Assembly: GCA_965221775.1 (NCBI GenBank)
Contig: CBDCSU010000006.1
Coordinates: 1,408,001 to 1,472,000 of the forward strand
DNA from: Candidatus Latescibacterota bacterium
GTDB lineage: Bacteria > Latescibacterota > UBA2968 > UBA8231
DNA: 64,000 nucleotides
Direction of reading: 5' to 3'
The translations under genes were made by a program, and so were the position numbers. Under the pieces are notes generated by a model. That model did no database searches and was not told where the DNA came from. It saw only the letters and a list, made by a program, of their open reading frames with translations. Shown in pieces: positions 9,814-20,750 of the stretch. The number at the start of each line of letters is the position of its first letter. Within the stretch, counting starts at the first letter, position 1.

Positions 9814-12426
9814 CTAGCCCTCCGTCAGGCAGCGCCGCACGATCTCTGCAGCGGCTCCGATGGCCTCGTCGATCCGGGAGGGATCCTTGCCGCCGGCCTG
9901 CGCCATGTGAGGGCGGCCTCCTCCGGAGCCGCCGGCGATGCGGGCGACCTCCTTGACGATATCCCCGGCCTTCAGCCCCCGCGACTGGATCAGGTCGTCG
10001 GTGACCACGGCGATGAAGGAGACCCTGCCCTTCACCTCGGCGCCGAGAACCCCGACGCCGGAGCCCAGACTGTCGCGAAGCCCGTCGGCGAGGTTGCGCA
10101 TGGCGGGCACGTCTTCGGCCTCGACCCGGCAGGCGGCGACGCGCACGCCCTCCACCTCGACGGCGGCCTCGGCCAAGGCGGCGGCGCTGTCCCCGGCGGC
10201 CTGACGGCGCACCTCGGCCAGGGCCTTCTCCAGGTCGCGATTGCGCTCCTGCAGGCGGCGCACCTGGTCGGGCAGCTCCTCGTCGCCGGCGTTCAGCAGG
10301 CGGCCGATCTCTCCGAGGAGGGCCCGGTGGCGGCGGGCGGCGGCCTCGGCCTCGACGCCGGAGAGGGCCTCGACCCGGCGGGTGCCGGCGGCGATGCCGC
10401 TCTCGGCGGTGAGGTCGAAGAGGCCGATCCGGCCGGTGTGGGCCACGTGGGTGCCGCCGCACAGCTCGAGGCTGAAGCCGCCGATCTTCACGACCCGCAC
10501 CCGGTCCTCGTACTTCTCGCCGAACAGCGCCTGGGCCCCCATCTGCCGGGCGCGGTCCAGATCTTCCTCGAAGGCGGAGACCTCGAGGTCTTCGCGAATG
10601 CAGCTGTTGACGATGGCACCGGCCTCCTCCAGCTGCCCCGACTCCATGGCCTGGAAGTGGGAGAAGTCGAAGCGCAGGCGGTCCGGCGCCACGAGGGATC
10701 CCATCTGCGCCACGTGATCCCCCAGGACCCGGCGCAGGGCCTCGTGCAGCAGGTGCGTGGCCGTGTGGTTGCGCGCCGCGGCGTCGCGGGCCTCCCGGTC
10801 GACGGCGGCGCACACCACTTGGCCCGGGCCGGGGGATTCACCCTCGATCAGCCGGCCCTCGTGGAGGATGCCGCCCCGCCCCTTCCGCGTCGTCTCCACG
10901 TCGATGCGCAGACCGCGCGCGGTGAGGACCCCCCGGTCGCCGACCTGTCCCCCCGACTCGGCGTAGAACGGGGTGCGGTCGAGGACGACCCGCGCAACGC
11001 CGTCGTCGACCTGCGCCTGCATGACCCGCGCCTCGATCTCCAGCTCGTCGTAGCCGACGAATTCGGAATGCTCGCCCTCGACGGCGTCTCCGACTCCCTC
11101 GGAGGCGGCGAAACGCTCCCTCGTGGCCGCCCGGGCCCGCTGGCGCTGGCCCTCCAGCTCGGCCTCGAAGCCGGCGGTGTCGACGGACAGGCCGCGCTCT
11201 CGCGCCATCAGCTCGGTGAGATCGAGAGGGAACCCGTAGGTGTCGAAGAGGCGGAAGGCGTCGGCCCCCGAGACTTCGCCCTTCCGGCTGACGCGCTCGA
11301 AGATCTCCAGCCCGCGGTCGAGGGTGCGGCCGAAGGACTGCTCCTCGGCCTGGATCACCATGGCCACGTGGGCGGCCTTCGCCTTCGCCTCGGGGAAGAC
11401 GTGCGCCATCGAGTCGGCCAGGGGCTGCACCAGCCGGTGCAGGAAGGGGTCGTGCTGATCGAGCTGGCGGCCGAAGCGCGAGGCCCGCCGCAGGATGCGC
11501 CGCAGCACGTAGCCCCGCCCCTCGTTGGAGGGCAGGACGCCATCGCCGATGGCGAAGGTGAGAGCGCGCACGTGGTCGGCGATCACGCGGGCCGGCACGC
11601 GTCCGGCATCGGACCCCGGGTCGGCGCCGGTGACCTCGGCGATGCACCCGATCAGCGGCTGGAAGAGATCGGTGTCGTAGTTGCTCCCGGCGCCCTGGAG
11701 CAGGCTGCACATGCGCTCGAAGCCCATGCCGGTGTCGACGTGCCGGGCCGGCAGCGGATGCAGGGTCCCGGAGTCGTCGCGGTTGAACTGGATGAAGACG
11801 AGGTTCCAGAACTCCACGAACTCGGGACCGTCCTGCAGCAGCAGCTCCTCGCTCTGGAGGGAGGGGTCGTCACCGATGTAGTAGTGGATCTCCGAGCAGG
11901 GGCCGCAGGGGCCGGTCTCGCCCATCTCCCAGAAGTTGTCCTTGGCCGGCAACCGCACCACGCGCCCCGGAAGGAGGTCCGTCTCCTGTTCCCACAGGGA
12001 CTCGGCCTCCTCGTCGGGCGGGACCCCCTCGCCGCCTTCGAAGACGGTGGCCCACAGGCGGTCCTGGCGCAGGCCGAAACGCTCCGTCACCAGCTCCCAG
12101 CCCCAGCGGATGGCCTCTTCCTTGAAGTAGTCGCCGAAGGACCAGTTGCCGAGCATCTCGAAGAAGGTGTGGTGCCAGGGGCTGATCCCCACCTCCTCCA
12201 GGTCGTTGTGCTTGCCGGAGACCCGGATGCACTTCTGCGTGTCCACGGCGCGCGTGTACGGCCGGCTGCCCAGCCCGAGGAAGACGTCCTTGAACTGGTT
12301 CATGCCGGCGTTGATGAAGTACAGGGTAGGGTCGTCGGCCGGCACCACCGGCGCGCTCGGCACCCGGGCGTGTCCCCGGTCCTCGAAGAAGGAGAGGAAG
12401 GTCTCGCGAACCTCGTTGGACTTCAT
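9814..12426 (-). CDS. alaS: Alanine--tRNA ligase
   Basis: NAGMNQFK, HHTFFEMLGNWSFGDYFK, DTGMGFER, NHTATHLLH, ELCGGTH, GGGR. Confidence 0.98.
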   Translation of the reverse strand: MKSNEVRETFLSFFEDRGHARVPSAPVVPADDPTLYFINAGMNQFKDVFLGLGSRPYTRAVDTQKCIRVSGKHNDLEEVGISPWHHTFFEMLGNWSFGDYFKEEAIRWGWELVTERFGLRQDRLWATVFEGGEGVPPDEEAESLWEQETDLLPGRVVRLPAKDNFWEMGETGPCGPCSEIHYYIGDDPSLQSEELLLQDGPEFVEFWNLVFIQFNRDDSGTLHPLPARHVDTGMGFERMCSLLQGAGSNYDTDLFQPLIGCIAEVTGADPGSDAGRVPARVIADHVRALTFAIGDGVLPSNEGRGYVLRRILRRASRFGRQLDQHDPFLHRLVQPLADSMAHVFPEAKAKAAHVAMVIQAEEQSFGRTLDRGLEIFERVSRKGEVSGADAFRLFDTYGFPLDLTELMARERGLSVDTAGFEAELEGQRQRARAATRERFAASEGVGDAVEGEHSEFVGYDELEIEARVMQAQVDDGVARVVLDRTPFYAESGGQVGDRGVLTARGLRIDVETTRKGRGGILHEGRLIEGESPGPGQVVCAAVDREARDAAARNHTATHLLHEALRRVLGDHVAQMGSLVAPDRLRFDFSHFQAMESGQLEEAGAIVNSCIREDLEVSAFEEDLDRARQMGAQALFGEKYEDRVRVVKIGGFSLELCGGTHVAHTGRIGLFDLTAESGIAAGTRRVEALSGVEAEAAARRHRALLGEIGRLLNAGDEELPDQVRRLQERNRDLEKALAEVRRQAAGDSAAALAEAAVEVEGVRVAACRVEAEDVPAMRNLADGLRDSLGSGVGVLGAEVKGRVSFIAVVTDDLIQSRGLKAGDIVKEVARIAGGSGGGRPHMAQAGGKDPSRIDEAIGAAAEIVRRCLTEG

Positions 12427-12925
12427 CTCTTCTCCCCGGCCTCCTCGATCTCGGTCCAGGCCCGCGTCACCGCCTCCCGCACCGTGTCGGGGTCGAAGCC
12501 GCGGCGGGCCAGCAGCCCGTACATGCGCCGCCGGGCGGTCTGCGGGTCGAGCCCCCGGTACCGGGTCTGCTGCCGGCGCAGCAGCGACAGGGCTTCGGCC
12601 CCCGATCCGAGATCGTCCCCGTACTCGGCCAGGACCTCCTCGATCAGGGCCGGGTCGATCCCCCGCCGGGCCAGATCGCGGCTGATCTTCGGCGCCCCCT
12701 CGGGGCGGCGGGACCTCCGGCTCTCGACCCAGCGGCGGACGAAGGCGCGGTCGTCGAGGAGGCGCAACGCCTCCAGATCGCCCACCACGGTGTCGATCGC
12801 CGACGGAGCGCAGCCGCGGCGCTGCAGCCTCTGGCGGATCTCCTTCACCGAGCGGTCGCGCACCTCGAGAAGGTCGAGGGCGATCCGGCGGGCGCTCTCG
12901 CGCTCTTCGATCCCGGGACCCAAGC

Positions 12926-12929
<4 letters not shown>
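12423..12929 (-). CDS. recX: Regulatory protein RecX
   Basis: RDRSVKE, LLDDRAF, LARRGI, LARRGF; directly downstream of recA. Confidence 0.9.
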
Positions 12930-13978
<1,049 letters not shown>

Positions 13979-13998
13979 GTGTCGCTCCCGCGGGTTTG

Positions 13999-14478
13999 TC
14001 ATCGCCCGGCCAGCGCCCAGCCCGCCCGCAGCAGCAGGTGGCTCATGAGACCGGCGGCGACGTCGTCGAGGACGATCCCCCATCCGCCGGGCAGGCGCTC
14101 AAGCTGGCGCGCCGGCGGCGGCTTGAGAATGTCGAGGGCCCGGAACACCAGGAATCCGGCGATGGCGGTCACCGGACCATGGGGAAGGAAGGCAACCGCG
14201 AACAGGTATCCCGCGGCTTCGTCGATCACCACTGGGCCCGGATCGTCCTGGTTCCGGGCGCGGGCCTCGGCGCCGGCGCTGGCCACGGCCACGGCGGTGG
14301 TCACGGCCAGCAGGACGATCCACGCGCCGGTGGTCAGTGAATCACACAGAACCAGGTAGGCCGCCGCGGCCACCGCGGTACCCGCCGTACCGGGCGCCAA
14401 GGGCGACCGGCCGGAGAACAGGACCGTGGCGACGGCGGTCCGGAGGAACTCGGCCGCGCGCCGGAAGATGCGATCCGT
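13999..14478 (-). CDS. pgpA: Phosphatidylglycerophosphatase A (start codon uncertain)
   Basis: [47 protein letters not shown]; PgpA-like sequence extends upstream of the only canonical start (TTG 14400). Confidence 0.85.
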   Translation of the reverse strand, partial: TDRIFRRAAEFLRTAVATVLFSGRSPLAPGTAGTAVAAAAYLVLCDSLTTGAWIVLLAVTTAVAVASAGAEARARNQDDPGPVVIDEAAGYLFAVAFLPHGPVTAIAGFLVFRALDILKPPPARQLERLPGGWGIVLDDVAAGLMSHLLLRAGWALAGR

Positions 14479-14488
14479 GGACCCGCTG

Positions 14489-15088
14489 TCAGGTCCGCAG
14501 AAAATAGTGAAAACCGGAGAGCAGGGTAAGGAGAAGGACGCCGGTCATCAGGCCGTTGGTGAGCAGCCGGATCCAGTCGCTGACGGCCAGCACTCCGCTC
14601 CACTCGAAGTGCCCCGCCATGTCCTGCAGACCGATGAGGGCCAGGATGACCACGATGGTGACCAGCTGGGCGGTGGTCTTCCACTTGGCGAGGACGGAGG
14701 TCTCCATCATCCGGCCCTGGCGCATGCCGTAGAGACGGAGGGCCGTGACGACCACGTCGCGCACGACGATGGGCACCACGATCCAGGCGTGGACGATGCG
14801 GCCGAGGACGAAGGCGATCAGCGCCGAGGTGACGAGGATCTTGTCGGCCAATGGATCCATGAAGCGGCCGAACTCGGTGACCGAGTTCCGGGCCCTGGCC
14901 AGTCGGCCGTCGTAGAGATCGGTGAGAGAAGCCGCGGCGAAGACGACGACGGCCGTCGAGCGCCAGTACCAGATGTCGGTGAACAGCATGGCCAGGAAGA
15001 GGGGTGTCGCGCAGATGCGGGAAATCGTCAACAGGTTGGGCAGGTTGAGGATGCCGCCGCCGGGACCTGCCTTTGCCTTGGCAGTCAT
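14489..15088 (-). CDS. pgsA: CDP-diacylglycerol--glycerol-3-phosphate 3-phosphatidyltransferase
   Basis: NLPNLLTISR, TDLYDGRLAR..FGRFMDPLADK CDP-alcohol motif, KWKT. Confidence 0.93.
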   Translation of the reverse strand: MTAKAKAGPGGGILNLPNLLTISRICATPLFLAMLFTDIWYWRSTAVVVFAAASLTDLYDGRLARARNSVTEFGRFMDPLADKILVTSALIAFVLGRIVHAWIVVPIVVRDVVVTALRLYGMRQGRMMETSVLAKWKTTAQLVTIVVILALIGLQDMAGHFEWSGVLAVSDWIRLLTNGLMTGVLLLTLLSGFHYFLRT

Positions 15089-15684
15089 CAGAAGGTCGTG
15101 CGTCCCTGCAGGGCGTGGGCGAGGGTGGTTCGATCCGCCAGGTCCAGGTCGGAGCCGGCGGGCAGGCCGCGGGCCAGGCGGGTGACGCGGGTCATGGAAT
15201 CGAGCCGCTGATGAATGTACTCGGCGGTGGCCTCGCCTTCGGCGCTGGCGTTGTGCGCCAGGATCACCTCGCGCACGCCGTCGCGCCGCACCCGCTCGAA
15301 AAGCTCGGCGATGCGCAGGTCGTCGGGTCCGATGCCGTCGAGAGGCGACAGGGCCCCCCCAAGGACGTGGTAGGTGCCCCGCATCAGGTCGCTGCGCTCC
15401 AGGGCCAGGGCGTCGCTGGCTTCCTCGACGACGCAGACCACCTGGCGATCGCGGCTCTCGTCGCGGCAGACCCGGCACCAGGGCTGGCCGCTCTCGGTGA
15501 GGTTGTAGCACTGGGTGCAGTGGCCGATGCGTTCACGGGCGCCCTGGATCGCGTCGGCCAGGGCCGCGGCCTCCTCGGGAGGGGACTTGAGCAAGAAAAG
15601 GGCCAGCCGCTGGGCCGTCTTCCGGCCGATCCCGGGGAGCCGCGCCAGGGCGGTCACCAAGTCCTCGAGAGCCTGGGGACCCAT
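15088..15684 (-). CDS. recR: Recombination protein RecR
   Basis: LPGIGRKTAQRLA, C4 zinc finger, YHVLGGALSPLDGIGP, EGEATA, TOPRIM domain. Confidence 0.96.
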   Translation of the reverse strand: MGPQALEDLVTALARLPGIGRKTAQRLALFLLKSPPEEAAALADAIQGARERIGHCTQCYNLTESGQPWCRVCRDESRDRQVVCVVEEASDALALERSDLMRGTYHVLGGALSPLDGIGPDDLRIAELFERVRRDGVREVILAHNASAEGEATAEYIHQRLDSMTRVTRLARGLPAGSDLDLADRTTLAHALQGRTTF

Positions 15685-15685
15685 G

Positions 15686-17383
15686 CTACACCATCTCTCC
15701 GTCGAGGGCCTCGAGGACGGACCGCACCTTCGGGTCGAGGCTCGCCTGGGGTGAGGGCCGGGCCGGCGGGGGCGCGACAGACCCCGGATTCCCGGCCGGC
15801 GCCGGCGCCTCGCGGTCTTCGACACTGCAACGGACGCGAACCTCGGGCCCGCCGGCGCTGGCCACGGCGGCGGCCACCGCGGACTCGGCTTTGGCCACCT
15901 GGGCCATGGCGAAGCGGTTGCTCCCGTCGAAGAACAGGGTGAGCACCGAACCGTTCAGCTCCCGGCGCGTGCCCTCCAGGTAGCCGGGCATCGAGGGCTG
16001 GGTCTCCCGCAGCAGATCGGTGACCCGGGGCCACAACTGCTGGATGTCGGCGTCCGCCGCCTGGGGGGGATCCGCCGCCTCCGAGGGAGTCCCCGGGGGC
16101 CCGGAGCCATCGGGGCCGGGCGCCGGTCCGGCGGCTTCCTCCGCCGCGGGAGGCGGCACGGGCGGCGGCGGAGCGGGGTCCGGGTTGCGTGACCGCGGCG
16201 GATTCCGCTGCGGCGGGGTAGCGGCGGGGGCCCCGCCGCCGGCGACGGCGGCCTCCAGGGCGGACAGCCGCGCCAGCAGGCGCCCGACGTCCACGGCGCG
16301 GCCCATGCCAGCCAGCCGGACGAGGGCCAGCTCGGTGCGGAACCGTGGCTGCAGCGACTTGCGCACCTCGGCCTCGAGCTCCATCAGGGTCTGCACGATG
16401 CGCAGCAGGTCGTCCTCGGCCAGGGCGCCGGCGGCCTCCTCGTAGCGCCGGGCCTCCTCCTCGCTGACCTCGAGCCTGGCGGCGGACTCCTGCACCTTGG
16501 TGAAGAGCAGGCGGGAGGCATGCTCCACCAGGCCGCCGACGAACTCCTCGAGGTCTCCGCCCTCCTCGAGGACCCGCGCCACGAGGTCGAGCAGCCGGCC
16601 CCCGTCGCCCTCGGCGATGGCCGAGGTGGCCTCGAAGAAGACCCCCCGATCGACCAGGCCCAGGACCTCCCGGACGCCCTCGCCGGTCACGCGGCCCCCG
16701 AAGGAGACGACCTGGTCGAGGAGGCTCTCGGCGTCCCTGAGGGCGCCGTCGGCGCGGTGGGCCAGCAGATAGAGGGCCTCCTGGTCGGCCTCGATCTTCT
16801 CGGCGGCGGTGATCTCCTCGAGGTGCCCGGCGATACTGGAGGTGGAGATGCGGCGGAAATTGAACCGCTGACAGCGCGACAGGATCGTCTCCGGAACCTC
16901 CTGGACCTCGGTGGTGGCGAAGACGAAGACGACCCGTTCCGGCGGCTCCTCGAGGGTTTTCAGGAGAGCGTTGAAAGCCGGCCGCGACAACATGTGGACT
17001 TCGTCGATGATGTAGATCTTGTGGGCGCCCTCGGTCGGGATGTAGCGAACCACCTCGCGCAGTTCCCTCACGTCGTCGACGCTGTTGTTCGAGGCGCCGT
17101 CGATCTCGAGGACGTCCATGCTCGTGCCGTCGGTGATGGCAGTGCAGGAGGGGCACTGGCCGCAGGGATCGGTCGCCTCGCCCCGGGCGGAGCAGTTGAG
17201 GGCCTTGGCGAGGATGCGCGCCGTCGTGGTCTTGCCGACCCCGCGAGGTCCGCAGAACAGGTAGCAGTGAGCGATGCGGCCGCTGGCCAGGGCGTTGGTC
17301 AGCGTGGCCGTGATATGCTCCTGCCCGACGACCTCGGAGAACCGCTGCGGGCGCCACTTGCGGGCTGTGACCTGAAAGGGCAT
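15686..17383 (-). CDS. dnaX: DNA polymerase III subunit gamma/tau
   Basis: ARKWRPQ, GPRGVGKTT, zinc module, IIDEVHML, NALLKTLEEPP, SRC. Confidence 0.97.
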   Translation of the reverse strand: MPFQVTARKWRPQRFSEVVGQEHITATLTNALASGRIAHCYLFCGPRGVGKTTTARILAKALNCSARGEATDPCGQCPSCTAITDGTSMDVLEIDGASNNSVDDVRELREVVRYIPTEGAHKIYIIDEVHMLSRPAFNALLKTLEEPPERVVFVFATTEVQEVPETILSRCQRFNFRRISTSSIAGHLEEITAAEKIEADQEALYLLAHRADGALRDAESLLDQVVSFGGRVTGEGVREVLGLVDRGVFFEATSAIAEGDGGRLLDLVARVLEEGGDLEEFVGGLVEHASRLLFTKVQESAARLEVSEEEARRYEEAAGALAEDDLLRIVQTLMELEAEVRKSLQPRFRTELALVRLAGMGRAVDVGRLLARLSALEAAVAGGGAPAATPPQRNPPRSRNPDPAPPPPVPPPAAEEAAGPAPGPDGSGPPGTPSEAADPPQAADADIQQLWPRVTDLLRETQPSMPGYLEGTRRELNGSVLTLFFDGSNRFAMAQVAKAESAVAAAVASAGGPEVRVRCSVEDREAPAPAGNPGSVAPPPARPSPQASLDPKVRSVLEALDGEMV

Positions 17384-17460
17384 GGCTGTCGGGGCGAGGG
17401 GCCGGCTCCAAGGCGATTTTGGGCTCGCTGCGCCCGCAGGGAGCCCGCGGGTAGAGCTTC

Positions 17461-17732
17461 AGGCCGTGCACCCGTCTTCGATCCCGCACCGCCGTCCGGC
17501 CGCGACCGCCGGGCTCCAGCCAGAGACCTCCGCGGCACACGCGTCAGCCTCTTACCGCTGCTACCTTCCGGTCCTGACGGGGTTCGGAAGCCTCGCGTTG
17601 CGCGGAATCCGGCTTTCGACGCCCTTCGGGTACCGACCGGAAAGACGGCTTGTGGACCTCGGACGGGGATTCGATCCCGCTAGAGCGGATTGCGGGTGCA
17701 GGGCACCGCTAACTCCCCATCTAGCACGGCCT
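17461..17732 (-). ncRNA. ffs: Signal recognition particle RNA, long (Alu-domain) bacterial type
   Basis: 5' GCCGTGCTAGATGGGGAGTTAGCGGTGCCCTGCACCCGCAATCCGCT (like Bacillus scRNA); helix-8 core CCGTCAGGACCGGAAGGTAGCAGCGG; 9-bp terminal complementarity; usual position upstream of dnaX. Confidence 0.9.
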
Positions 17733-17789
17733 GCTTCAAAGCGGGAGCCTCGCCGGCAGGTCAACCGCGGGCGGGCTCCTCAGGAATAA

Positions 17790-17865
<76 letters not shown>

Positions 17866-17877
17866 ACCGTATTCGTA

Positions 17878-17960
17878 TGGCGGAGAGAGAGGGATTCGAA
17901 CCCTCGGTGACGCTACAAACGCCACACACGATTTCCAGTCGTGCACCTTCGACCACTCGG

Positions 17961-17970
<10 letters not shown>
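17878..17970 (-). tRNA. tRNA-Ser(GGA)
   Basis: Anticodon arm CACGA-CTGGAAA-TCGTG, long variable arm, CCA. Confidence 0.96.
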
Positions 17971-18509
<539 letters not shown>

Positions 18510-18591
18510 CCAGAAAGCCTCGGCCTGCCCCGAACTCGCAATATAACCAGGGCTCATCACATGATCAACGAAGGGGCGGCGCCCGGGCGAC

Positions 18592-18620
18592 TTGACGGAG
18601 TGCGGAACGGAGCCGATAAT
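18592..18620 (+). promoter_or_regulatory. Sigma-70-type promoter for lysA
   Basis: TTGACG-17nt-GATAAT. Confidence 0.7.
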
Positions 18621-18674
18621 CAGCCCTCCCAGAAGCTACCAACTAGCTGTAAAAATAGCAACATAGGACCATCC

Positions 18675-19955
18675 ATGACGACCGCCCCAGAGCCTCTCCG
18701 CTTCCTTGACGAGGACCAGGTTCGAGCCCTTCAGAATCGCTTCGGCACGCCGCTCTACGTGTACGATCAGGAGACGCTGGAGGCCCAGGCACAGCAGGCC
18801 CTTCAGCTGCCCGCTCCATTCGGCCTGACGGTGCGCTACGCCATGAAGGCCTGTCCCTCGGCGGGGGTGGTGCGTGTCTTGACGAGGGCGGGGCTGCACA
18901 TCGACGCCAGCTCGGGCTGGGAGGCTCGACGCGCCATCGCCGCGGGCATCCCGGCGAAGCACATCCTGCTGACCACCCAGCAGCTGCCCGACGACTTCGA
19001 GGAACTGGTCGGCCTGGGGGTCCGCTTCAACGCCTGCTCTCTCGGCCAGCTCAGGGCTTACGGAGAGCGCTTTCCGGGCGCCGAGGTCGGCATCCGCCTC
19101 AATCCCGGGCTCGGCTCGGGACACTCCACCCGGACCAACGTGGGCGGGCCCTCCGCCAGTTTCGGGATCTGGCACACGCACCTGGAACGGGCCCTCGAGT
19201 CGGCACGCACGGACGGCCTGCGCATCACCCTCCTGCACACCCACATCGGCTCGGGAAGCGACCCGGAGGTGTGGCAGCACTGCGCCCGCCTGACGCTGAA
19301 CCTCGTCCGGCACCTGCCCGACGTGGCCGCCGTCAACTTGGGCGGGGGTTACAAGATCGGGCGGATGAGCGACGAGTCCTCCACCGACCTGCTCCATGCC
19401 GCGGGGCCGATCGTCGACGAGCTGCGGCGCTTCGCCACCGACGGCGGCCCCCGCCTGCGCCTGGAGATCGAGCCCGGCACCTTCCTGGTGGGCAACGCCG
19501 GGGCCGTGGTGGCCAGCGTGATCGATGTGGTTGACACCGGCAAGGAGGGTTTCTCCTTCATCAAGACGGACACGGGGATGACCGAGATCCTCCGTCCGAG
19601 CATGTACGGCGCCCAGCACCCCCTCACCGTGGTCCCGCGGGAGGACGGCGACCGTCCGCCGCGGGAGTACCTCGTCGTCGGCCACTGCTGCGAGAGCGGG
19701 GATGTCCTGACGCCGGCCCCTGGAGACCCGGAGGCGCTGCGGGTGCGCCCCCTCGCCGAGGCGCTGGTGGGCGATGCCGTCGTCATCGGCGGCGCCGGGG
19801 CCTACTGCGCGGGCATGTCCGCCAAGAACTACAACTCCTTCCCCGAGGCGCCGGAGGTGTTGCTGGACACGGACGGCGGCTTCCACCTGATGCGCAGGCG
19901 CCAGACGCTCGACCAGGTGATCGCCAACGAGTCCGTGCCCGACTTCCTCCTCTGA
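18675..19955 (+). CDS. lysA: Diaminopimelate decarboxylase
   Basis: GTPLYVYD, YAMKA (PLP Lys), HTHIGSG, NLGGG, EPG, CESGD, GAY. Confidence 0.9.
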   Translation: MTTAPEPLRFLDEDQVRALQNRFGTPLYVYDQETLEAQAQQALQLPAPFGLTVRYAMKACPSAGVVRVLTRAGLHIDASSGWEARRAIAAGIPAKHILLTTQQLPDDFEELVGLGVRFNACSLGQLRAYGERFPGAEVGIRLNPGLGSGHSTRTNVGGPSASFGIWHTHLERALESARTDGLRITLLHTHIGSGSDPEVWQHCARLTLNLVRHLPDVAAVNLGGGYKIGRMSDESSTDLLHAAGPIVDELRRFATDGGPRLRLEIEPGTFLVGNAGAVVASVIDVVDTGKEGFSFIKTDTGMTEILRPSMYGAQHPLTVVPREDGDRPPREYLVVGHCCESGDVLTPAPGDPEALRVRPLAEALVGDAVVIGGAGAYCAGMSAKNYNSFPEAPEVLLDTDGGFHLMRRRQTLDQVIANESVPDFLL

Positions 19956-19993
19956 TTCGCTGCCCGCCTCGGCGGCGGTCTATATTGGGCCGC

Positions 19994-20431
19994 ATGGTTG
20001 CGAGCGATCCGACCGCCAACCGGCACGGCCCTCTCGACTGGACGGCCCATCCGCTCCGCGAGGAGCCCGCCTGGAAGTCGGCGGCCCTGGGCGCCCTGAT
20101 CGTCGGGTTCTCCGCCCTGGCCGCCGCAAGCCTCGGCGGCGCCGTGTATGGTCTGATCTCGCTGGTGGCGCTGGCGGCAGCCACCGTCCGCTACCTGCTG
20201 CCCACGCGCTATCTCCTCGACGACCAGGAGGCTTCCTGGCGCCAGCTGACCTGGCGCCGCCGGTCGTGGTCCACCTTTCGCCGCGTCGACCGCCACGCCG
20301 ACGGCATCTTCCTGAGCCCCTTCCGGCGGCCGAGCCGGCTCGACTCCTTCCGGGGGGTGTTCCTGCGCTTCGGCCCCGGCGTCGACGCCGACGAAGTCGT
20401 AGCCCTGGCACGGGACCGTGTCCCCGCTTGA
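19994..20431 (+). CDS. Hypothetical membrane protein (2 TM + C-terminal soluble domain); first gene of the GlmL-like operon
   Basis: Two hydrophobic segments, then YLLD..RSWSTF; overlaps the next gene. Confidence 0.75.
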   Translation: MVASDPTANRHGPLDWTAHPLREEPAWKSAALGALIVGFSALAAASLGGAVYGLISLVALAAATVRYLLPTRYLLDDQEASWRQLTWRRRSWSTFRRVDRHADGIFLSPFRRPSRLDSFRGVFLRFGPGVDADEVVALARDRVPA

Positions 20432-20750
20432 GCGCCTGCGGCGCGGCTGGGCCCACGCCTTCGCCCTCGACTCCGGGGAACCCCTCTCCGAGGAGGAGCG
20501 GGCCCTCATCGAGCGCCTGGCGCGCCTCGTGGTGCGCCGCCGCATGACGGCGCCGGCCCTGATGGCGCTGGAGAGCACCCGGCCCCTGAGCTTCATGGGC
20601 AGCCAGGTGCTGGCCTTCGCCGGCCCCATGCTCAAGATCGCCTTTTCCCCCGCGGAGTACGACCACCTTCAAAGGCTGCTGGAGAGGCGCCGCAGCATCG
20701 ACTGGATCATCGAGGCGATCTCCGAGAGAGAAGACCGGCGCCGTGGATAA
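20418..20750 (+). CDS. Small helical hypothetical protein
   Basis: Overlaps both neighbours; sequence includes PALMALESTRPLSFMGSQ. Confidence 0.75.
   Translation: MSPLERLRRGWAHAFALDSGEPLSEEERALIERLARLVVRRRMTAPALMALESTRPLSFMGSQVLAFAGPMLKIAFSPAEYDHLQRLLERRRSIDWIIEAISEREDRRRG

Noticed and set aside
15684-15690. No ybaB/ebfC between dnaX and recR (and no cinA between pgpA and recA)
   Set aside because: Real, but common gene-order variation with little significance.
15950-16260. Pro/Ala-rich stretch in dnaX and possible gamma frameshift site
   Set aside because: Normal flexible tau linker; no A-AAA-AAG or poly-A slippery site seen.
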